DNA of 60,152 nt from Kordiimonadaceae bacterium (GTDB lineage: Bacteria; Pseudomonadota; Alphaproteobacteria; Sphingomonadales; Kordiimonadaceae): positions 1 through 60,152 of the forward strand of contig JAESQS010000026.1 in NCBI GenBank assembly GCA_016765035.1, read 5' to 3'. The translations under genes were made by a program, and so were the position numbers. Each line of letters starts with the position of its first letter. Within the stretch, counting starts at the first letter, position 1. The notes below the pieces were generated by a model. It searched no databases and was not told where the DNA came from. It worked only from the letters and a program-made list of their open reading frames with translations. This document shows, one piece after another, positions 54,063 to 60,152 of the stretch.

Positions 54063-54396
54063 ACCCTATACACTAAGTTGTATCTTTGTGCACTGTTAAT
54101 TATGAGTGCTTGGATAACTGGCTATAAATAAAGGCTTTTTGTGGGGTTTCTGCGCTTTCCCCTAGGGGGGTATGGTTTTTCTATATTCTGATTTTGGAGC
54201 GCCGCGCTTGAATCTATTGCTAGCTTTCTTTATAATCAGACACCCTAAACATGATTGATTGGTATGCCTGTGATTGCCTGATGGCGCACAATTTTACTGC
54301 TTTAACCTCGGCTTGTTGGTGTTGACGCAGTGTGTAATTTTCATTGATCCATGAATGCCGCGCTTGCAAGCGACGGCAAATGATTAGGTATATCTA

Positions 54397-54942
54397 ATGG
54401 CACAAATATTAAGGGATGGTCGGGTTGAGCTTATCCCGGCGACAACCGAAATGATTTTGGTTGAACTATCTGCTGATGGCAATATTGCAGCGCATCTAGG
54501 CGTTTCTGAACCAGCCTATTGGCCCCCAGAGTTAAATGACGAGGAAAGCTTCAAGTATGCGCTTGGCTTGTTAGAATCGGGTGCCGGTTCTGATGGCTGG
54601 GGCTTCTATTATATGGTTGATACTTCGAATGCCAGCGGTGTGGGCCAAAAGGCTTCAGCAAGCCAACACCTTGTGGGATTTGGTGGCTTTAAAGGGGTGC
54701 CATCGCCAGAAGGCCAAGTTGAAATTGGCTACAGTGTTTTAACCCCCCACCGACGGCAAGGTTATGCAACAGCTATGTGTAGGCTCCTTATCGAAAAAGC
54801 CTTTAAGGAGCAACAGGTGCAAGAAGTCATCGCGACCACATTACCTGCGCTAGAACCTTCTATCGGCGTGCTGCTTAACCTTGGTTTTACGCTTGTGGGG
54901 GACACTGATGGTATTGTGACCTATAGCCTGCAAAAGGGGTAG
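54397..54942 (+). CDS. GNAT N-acetyltransferase (RimJ/RimL-like)
   Basis: VEIGYSV...RRQGYAT...SIGVLLNLGF. Confidence 0.88.
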   Translation: MAQILRDGRVELIPATTEMILVELSADGNIAAHLGVSEPAYWPPELNDEESFKYALGLLESGAGSDGWGFYYMVDTSNASGVGQKASASQHLVGFGGFKGVPSPEGQVEIGYSVLTPHRRQGYATAMCRLLIEKAFKEQQVQEVIATTLPALEPSIGVLLNLGFTLVGDTDGIVTYSLQKG

Positions 54943-54971
54943 CCGTAAATCTAACACCTTACCGGCGCATC

Positions 54972-55026
54972 TCGCTTACTCTCTGGCCCAACCACCCTAC
55001 AGTGTATCTTGGCGGGTGGTTGGGCC
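54972..55026 (+). repeat. Internal hairpin module of the MITE-like repeat
   Basis: CGCTTACTCTCT-GGCCCAACCACCC-loop-GGGTGGTTGGGCC. Confidence 0.7.
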
Positions 55027-55028
55027 AA

Positions 55029-55442
55029 ATGATCGGAGAAACTGCTTTGGAAATCACGCTCAATCACACCATTGTACCTGCCATTGACCGGGTTGTTTCG
55101 GCCAAGTGGTATGAAGATATATTCGGCTTTGAGTTTGTGAAAGAATGGGGGCCGTTTGCTGTGGTGAAAGTCAATAGTTCCTTGGTGTTGGATTTTATGA
55201 ATACGGAAAAAGGCTTCGCCCATCATCATTATGCCTTCAAGGTGAGTGATCAGGACTTTGATGCAATTTTCGAACGGATTCAAACACAGAACATTAGGTT
55301 TGGAAGCGGCCCTTTTAAGGTGAGTAACGGGAAATATGACGATAAAATCAATCACCTTTATGGTGGACGAGGGGTGTATTTCACAGACCCGAACGGCCAC
55401 ATTCTCAAAATCATAACGACCGATTATGATCTGGATACATAG
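55029..55442 (+). CDS. VOC/glyoxalase family protein (start may be TTG 55047)
   Basis: LNHTIV, HHYAFKV and GRGVYFTDPNGH motifs. Confidence 0.9.
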   Translation: MIGETALEITLNHTIVPAIDRVVSAKWYEDIFGFEFVKEWGPFAVVKVNSSLVLDFMNTEKGFAHHHYAFKVSDQDFDAIFERIQTQNIRFGSGPFKVSNGKYDDKINHLYGGRGVYFTDPNGHILKIITTDYDLDT

Positions 55443-55626
55443 CCTGCACACCCTCATGTGCTGATACTGCCTTCACTCTCCGCGTTGGGAAAAGCCTACC
55501 GCGCTATAAGCGCCAGTTTTATACAATTTGCTGGTGTTTTTATTATGGATATGGCTGGGAGTTTTAACTACACATACAGGGTAGAAAACGCCGTTTTTTT
55601 GTTTGGGTTTAGGGGGATGTCTTAAA

Positions 55627-56772
55627 ATGGAAGATACATTGATTTCCGCAGACTGGACGTTTGCGCTTTGGACTGTAATTTTGGGGCTAGCAGCCTTTGC
55701 CTTTTGGGTGGAAAGTACGGCTGCTGCAAAATATATATCTGGCGTTGCGCTGGTCATTCTGTTGGCAATTGCGCTGTCTAACTTGGGCATCATTCCAAAA
55801 AGCGCCCCAGCCTATAATGCTGTGGCGTCATTCTTCATGCCCTTTGCCATTCCGCTTCTGTTGTTTAAAGCGGATTTGCGCAAAATTATCCCTGAAACCA
55901 AAGGCATGTTGATTATCTTTATATTCGGCATGGTGGGGACCGTCATAGGGGCATCCCTTGGCTATATGCTGCTGCCGCTTGGGCCAGAAGCCGCAAATTT
56001 AACGGGTGTTTTCAGCGCTACATATATTGGTGGCAGTATGAATATGGCGGCTGTAGCAGGCGCTGTTCAGCTTGACCCAAGTATCATGGCGGCAAGTGTG
56101 GCTGCGGATAATGTTGTGGGGGCGCTTTATATCGCTTTCCTTGCCTTCATGCCGCCAATCATGTTTTTGCGCCGTTTTCTGCCGTCTCCGATTGCCGATA
56201 AAGCCGAGCATGACGCCGAAGAGGTACAGGAGCATAAAGCCGCAGTTGTGCCGTTAAATCTACTGCACATCAGCGTTGCGCTCTTTCTTAGTATGGCAAT
56301 TTGTACCATCAGTTTTAAAACGGCAGAGCTGTTGAACATTCCGGGGTACGGTATTTTGTTTGTCACTGCTTATACGGTGGCCCTTGCCAATATTTTCCCG
56401 CAGCAACTTGCGAAGCTTGATGGAGATTTTGAAGTTGGCATGTTGATCATGTATCTATTTTTTGTTGTTGTTGGCGCAGGGGCAGACTTTAACCAGATGC
56501 TGGACAATGGGCTTGTCATAGCAGCTTTCGCCATCATCATTGTAGGGTGCCATTTTGCTTTTGCCATTTTGGGTGCAAAGCTTTTCAAATGCGATATGGC
56601 AGAATTGATCATTGCCTCAAACGCCTGCATTCTTGGGCCAACCACGGCTGCTGCGCAGGCGGCAGGCAAGCGGTGGCACACACTTGTGACACCTGCCTTG
56701 ATGCTGGGTGTATTTGGCTATGTGGTGGCGAACTTCATTGGTGTTGCACTGGCTAATCTTCTGGCAGTTTAA
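55627..56772 (+). CDS. DUF819 family membrane protein
   Basis: AIPLLLFKADL, TYIGGSMN, AADN and IASNACILGPTTA motifs. Confidence 0.88.
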   Translation: MEDTLISADWTFALWTVILGLAAFAFWVESTAAAKYISGVALVILLAIALSNLGIIPKSAPAYNAVASFFMPFAIPLLLFKADLRKIIPETKGMLIIFIFGMVGTVIGASLGYMLLPLGPEAANLTGVFSATYIGGSMNMAAVAGAVQLDPSIMAASVAADNVVGALYIAFLAFMPPIMFLRRFLPSPIADKAEHDAEEVQEHKAAVVPLNLLHISVALFLSMAICTISFKTAELLNIPGYGILFVTAYTVALANIFPQQLAKLDGDFEVGMLIMYLFFVVVGAGADFNQMLDNGLVIAAFAIIIVGCHFAFAILGAKLFKCDMAELIIASNACILGPTTAAAQAAGKRWHTLVTPALMLGVFGYVVANFIGVALANLLAV

Positions 56773-56858
56773 ACAGTAAAAAGCCCTTGTGGATTGTTCC
56801 ATGCTTGATAGGGTGCCTTTTTGATTTTCTCAGGTATTTTATTGAGCTAGGGGGTTCT

Positions 56859-58481
56859 ATGAAGTTTACGGTTTTAAAGCAGGTGCGGACGTATGCGGCT
56901 GCGGCAGCATTAACAGGGCTGGTGTTCGGGCACACCGCAATAGTAGCTGCTGGCACAGAGCCAGTTCCGCTGACAAGTGCAGAAATTAATAGTCTTGTCA
57001 CAACAGTGATGGAAAAATACAACGTGCCGGGCATGGCTGTTGGTGTTGTCAAAGATGGCACCATTGTGCATTTGGAAGCCTATGGTGTTCGGCGGGCAGG
57101 TGAAGCGGGGACTGTGGACACCAACACGCTTTTTGGCATTGCTTCCAACAGTAAAGCTTTTACCACCAGTGCCATTGCGTTGCTCGTAGCGGACGGCAAG
57201 TTGCGCTGGGATGATAAAGTGATCGACCATATCCCCAACTTTCGCTTACATGATGCCTGGGTAACCCGTGAATTCACTGTGAAAGATCTTGTTGTACATA
57301 ATAGTGGGCTTGGGCTCGGCGCGGGGGACTTGATGGTGTGGCCAACGTCTGACCGGTCCCGGAGCGAGATCATCCAAAACCTAAGGTATTTGAAGCCCGA
57401 GAGCAGTTTTCGGTCTGAGTATGCGTATGATAACCTGCTGTATATTGTAGCGGGTGAAGTGATTGCGGCGGCGTCCGGTATGAGCTTTGGTGAATTTGTG
57501 AACAAACGCCTGATGAAGCCCCTTGGCATGGCCCGCTGCGCGGCTGATAGGCGCGGCCTTAAAGGCGAAGAAAATTACGCTAAACCACATGTAAAAGTTG
57601 ATGGAAAACTTTTGAATGTTGAGCCAAGCGAAGTCATTGATCGTAATCCGGTTTGGTCTGCTGCAGGGGGCGTTCAGTGCAGCATTGAGGATATGATGAA
57701 GTGGGTGGCTATGCATTTGCGTGGCGGCAAATTACCTGATGGCAGCAGGCTTATCAGTAAGAGGCAACATAAGGAATTATGGACACCCCAAACCATATTG
57801 TCAGTAGGGTCTGTGGATAGAAAATGGAACAATACCCATTACCGCAGCTATGGCCTTGGGTTTAATCTGCAGGATTCTAATGGCCACAGGATTATCTCAC
57901 ATGGCGGTACATTGCTGGGCATGATCTCGCATACCCGTATGGTGCCTGAACTGGGCCTTGGGGTTGTCGTGTTGACCAATCAGCAAGCCTATCCAGGGCG
58001 GGATGCGATTGTGTATAGTATTATCAAATCCTACATTACTAGTGAGCGTGTTAATTGGCTGGATCGTTTTGATACCCGCGCGGCCAAGGCTAAAGCATAT
58101 ACTGAAAAACGGACTAAAAAGGCCATGAGTATTGGTCAGGAAAGTAAAATAAAGTCTTTGGCTGTAACACATTACCAAGGGCGCTACCGCGATTTGTGGT
58201 TTGGGGATGTGGTTATTAAAAACCAGCAAGATACCTTGTATTTCACGGCGGATAAAGCAAAGCGTCTTAAAGGTAAGCTAGAGCATTTTAACGGCAATGT
58301 ATTCATTGTACGGTGGGATGATCGCAGTCTGGAAGCAGATGCCTATGTCTCTTTTAACACAAGCATCACAGGTACAGTGAAGGGTATGCGCATGAAAGCG
58401 GTGTCCCCTGCCACAGATTTTAGTTTCGATTTTCATGATTTGGATTTTACCAAAGTCAAAGAAGCAAAAACGAAACATTAA
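56859..58481 (+). CDS. Secreted serine hydrolase (beta-lactamase fold) with DUF3471-like C-terminal domain
   Basis: Signal peptide, IASNSKAF (SxxK), YDN, HGG and YQGRYRDLWFGDV motifs. Confidence 0.9.
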   Translation: MKFTVLKQVRTYAAAAALTGLVFGHTAIVAAGTEPVPLTSAEINSLVTTVMEKYNVPGMAVGVVKDGTIVHLEAYGVRRAGEAGTVDTNTLFGIASNSKAFTTSAIALLVADGKLRWDDKVIDHIPNFRLHDAWVTREFTVKDLVVHNSGLGLGAGDLMVWPTSDRSRSEIIQNLRYLKPESSFRSEYAYDNLLYIVAGEVIAAASGMSFGEFVNKRLMKPLGMARCAADRRGLKGEENYAKPHVKVDGKLLNVEPSEVIDRNPVWSAAGGVQCSIEDMMKWVAMHLRGGKLPDGSRLISKRQHKELWTPQTILSVGSVDRKWNNTHYRSYGLGFNLQDSNGHRIISHGGTLLGMISHTRMVPELGLGVVVLTNQQAYPGRDAIVYSIIKSYITSERVNWLDRFDTRAAKAKAYTEKRTKKAMSIGQESKIKSLAVTHYQGRYRDLWFGDVVIKNQQDTLYFTADKAKRLKGKLEHFNGNVFIVRWDDRSLEADAYVSFNTSITGTVKGMRMKAVSPATDFSFDFHDLDFTKVKEAKTKH

Positions 58482-58494
58482 AACGGATAAAGTT

Positions 58495-58625
58495 TAGAGC
58501 GTATCCGCTTTAATATGCATCACCAGCCCACACCCCACTTAGTCTCTGGCCCAACCACCCGCTAGACACACTGTGGGGTGATTGGGTGTGGGCGGATATG
58601 CACCTAATTAAGACAGATCGCCCAA
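58495..58625 (-). repeat. MITE-like dispersed repeat (long form with inner hairpin)
   Basis: TAGAGCGTATCCGCTTTAATATGCATCACCAGCC...GGCGGATATGCACCTAATTAAGACAGATCGCCC matches the reverse complement of the 41345 copy. Confidence 0.8.
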
Positions 58626-58628
58626 GCC

Positions 58629-58665
58629 AAAAAAAAGGGTCTGGTCAGTGACCAAACCCTTTTAA
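58629..58665. terminator. Bidirectional intrinsic terminator
   Basis: A8-GGGTCTGGTC-AGT-GACCAAACCC-TTTT between convergent genes. Confidence 0.75.
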
Positions 58666-58697
58666 AACAATACACCATAAGGCGCATTGAAAATTGG

Positions 58698-58925
58698 TTA
58701 TTTGTGCGACTTGCTGGCTATATCTTCCATCATTTTTCGCGTGTTTCGGTCCCGTACGACCATAATAGCCCATAGTGCAAGAACGCACCACATGATGAAA
58801 CCTGCACCAAAAATTGCGAGTATCCACGCCAAAAGCCAGACAACTGCGCTAATGATTGCCTGAAAAGGCTTTCCGCACAGTAAGAGGGCTAAGGGAGGAA
58901 CAATGAGGGCTACTATATAAAGCAT
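58698..58925 (-). CDS. YqaE/Pmp3-like small membrane protein
   Basis: MLYIVALIVPPLALLLCGKPFQAI. Confidence 0.75.
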   Translation of the reverse strand: MLYIVALIVPPLALLLCGKPFQAIISAVVWLLAWILAIFGAGFIMWCVLALWAIMVVRDRNTRKMMEDIASKSHK

Positions 58926-58960
58926 TGGGGATTCCAAATTATAGGAGTGTGTATTGATGG

Positions 58961-59176
58961 TTATAGGCTGGGTAGGTCTTCTTCCAGTATACAAATGCTG
59001 AGTGAATATGAAACTTCACCTTCCTCTTCGTCTCTGAAAGCAACACCAATAAATTCGCTCCCGATCATAAATTCTACGGAATCTGGCGCTTGTGGGCGCT
59101 TCTTTAGGTTGATGTTGGTGTTGCCAAACTTGCTCTGCAAGTATGCTTCTAATTTTGCTATTTCATTGGGGCTCAC
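58961..59176 (-). CDS. DUF3126 family protein
   Basis: EIAKLEAYLQSKFGN...EFIGV...EGEVSY...ILEEDL. Confidence 0.85.
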   Translation of the reverse strand: MSPNEIAKLEAYLQSKFGNTNINLKKRPQAPDSVEFMIGSEFIGVAFRDEEEGEVSYSLSICILEEDLPSL

Positions 59177-59353
59177 TTGAGATGCTCCTTAGTGCCAATT
59201 TCTATGAGTAGATTTATCCAGAGCGGGTAGGTTGATGCAAGTAAAACCATAAAATGACAATGATTTAAGTGAATATTTACTGTTTTTAGATCAAATGAGG
59301 TGGTGCGGAGGTCGAGATACTCATAAATTAACCGATGGAAACGAAAGCTAGTC

Positions 59354-59764
59354 ATGACCAAAGAGCATGCAGGTGACGTATCATACAGTGAAGATAACGA
59401 GTTACTGACCGAGTTTCTTACTTGGTCACAGGATGCGTTGGCTCAAATGCGCGGTATTATTGATGAGCTTACAGATGATACTGTTCGAGGGGATGAAGGT
59501 GTTTGCCAGCTTTATGACCTCGCCCATAATATCAAAGGGATGGGGTCCAGTTTTGAATTTGACCTTATGACAGAAGTTGGCCTTTCCTTATGTGGGTATT
59601 TAAAAGCTATAGAGCCCGATGAGTCTGTTTCTAGCCGCGTATTATCAAGCCATGTACGGATTTTTGAAGTTGTGTTGAAAAACCGCATCAAGGGAAATGG
59701 CGGAGAGCAAGGGGCTGCTCTCAAAAGTCGATTGGCAACCATCATATTGGAAGAAGCGTCTTAG
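59354..59764 (+). CDS. Stand-alone Hpt phosphotransfer protein
   Basis: AHNIKGMGSSF motif. Confidence 0.85.
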   Translation: MTKEHAGDVSYSEDNELLTEFLTWSQDALAQMRGIIDELTDDTVRGDEGVCQLYDLAHNIKGMGSSFEFDLMTEVGLSLCGYLKAIEPDESVSSRVLSSHVRIFEVVLKNRIKGNGGEQGAALKSRLATIILEEAS

Positions 59765-59800
59765 GGCGTATCCGTTGTAGATGGAATCTGATCCTCCCAC
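59762..59800 (+). repeat. Degenerate MITE-like repeat terminus
   Basis: TAGGGCGTATCCGTTGTAG...ATCCTCCCAC, starting at the Hpt stop codon. Confidence 0.5.
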
Positions 59801-59854
59801 GGCCCTTATAGGCGGGCCCTTTTTGGCCCGCGCACATTTCTCTTAGCACTTTTT

Positions 59855-60152
59855 CTATACAGTGCTGCCAGCGGTTTCTTCCGCGGCGTTAATCGGTTTT
59901 TTCATATAATGCTGCCAGCGCTCTCTGCCGCCTTTGTTTTCCAAAACATTCTGCAAGGCGGCAATGGGGCGGCGCTCAAAGCGGGTGCCTGCATCCCCTT
60001 GTAATATACTGGCTGTTTTGTCGTAACTAAGACCTTCCCTGTGGGCGCGCGCTGAGATCATGCCAACAAAGGAGTTAGCAATTGCCAACACTCTGGCGCC
60101 GGGTTCAATTTGGTCTTCTTTCAGGCCGTCGGGGCCGCCATTACCATCCCAA
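59855..60152 (-). CDS. C-terminal part of an HD-GYP-like domain protein (runs off the window)
   Basis: WDGNGGPDGLKEDQIEPGARVLAIANSFVGMISARAHREGL. Confidence 0.8.
   Translation of the reverse strand, partial: WDGNGGPDGLKEDQIEPGARVLAIANSFVGMISARAHREGLSYDKTASILQGDAGTRFERRPIAALQNVLENKGGRERWQHYMKKPINAAEETAGSTV

Noticed and set aside
45627-54100. Formal genomic island integrated at tRNA-Ser
   Set aside because: No integrase and no tRNA 3' direct repeat found by eye; reported only as an AT-rich accessory module.
56859-58481. Antibiotic-resistance beta-lactamase or part of the nyl-like cluster
   Set aside because: Generic secreted serine hydrolase with a DUF3471-like tail, 15 kb from the cluster, and no LysR box seen upstream.

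Overview
Alphaproteobacterial chromosome segment. Gene content suggests a marine Kordiimonadales-like organism, but this is inference. Left to right: (1) the right end of a prophage (small genes, PraR-like XRE regulator, excisionase, tyrosine integrase) ending in a 3' half of tRNA-Arg(CCG). (2) A second, decayed island at the same tRNA, bounded by a 14-bp direct repeat (2891-2904 / 13606-13619). It carries ParB, integrase and IS3 remnants, a DODA-type dioxygenase and a TetR / TonB receptor / Tat-GMC oxidoreductase catabolic cluster. (3) A giant DUF4347/RTX adhesin, a catalytically substituted permuted papain-like protein and a multi-TM HAMP-AraC one-component regulator. (4) An OprO/P porin, a PhnD-like binding protein and a triple-receiver hybrid kinase. 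(5) The most notable locus: a ~13 kb cluster with a signal-peptide-bearing NylC-like Ntn hydrolase, a NylB-like serine hydrolase, an omega-aminotransferase and a semialdehyde dehydrogenase (NylD/NylE-like roles), plus a TonB receptor, POT and MFS transporters, a PaiB-like protein and a LysR regulator. A shared GGTGY-N7-GCACC LysR-type box lies in three of its promoter regions, so this is a candidate natural polyamide / nylon-oligomer catabolic regulon. (6) A flavoprotein, a frameshifted MCP and tRNA-Ser(GGA), then an AT-rich XRE / LuxR-like / atypical P450 / TonB receptor / PepSY module. (7) Ordinary housekeeping-type genes. A dispersed MITE-like repeat family occurs at least 8 times. Family assignments come from motif recognition, not database searches.
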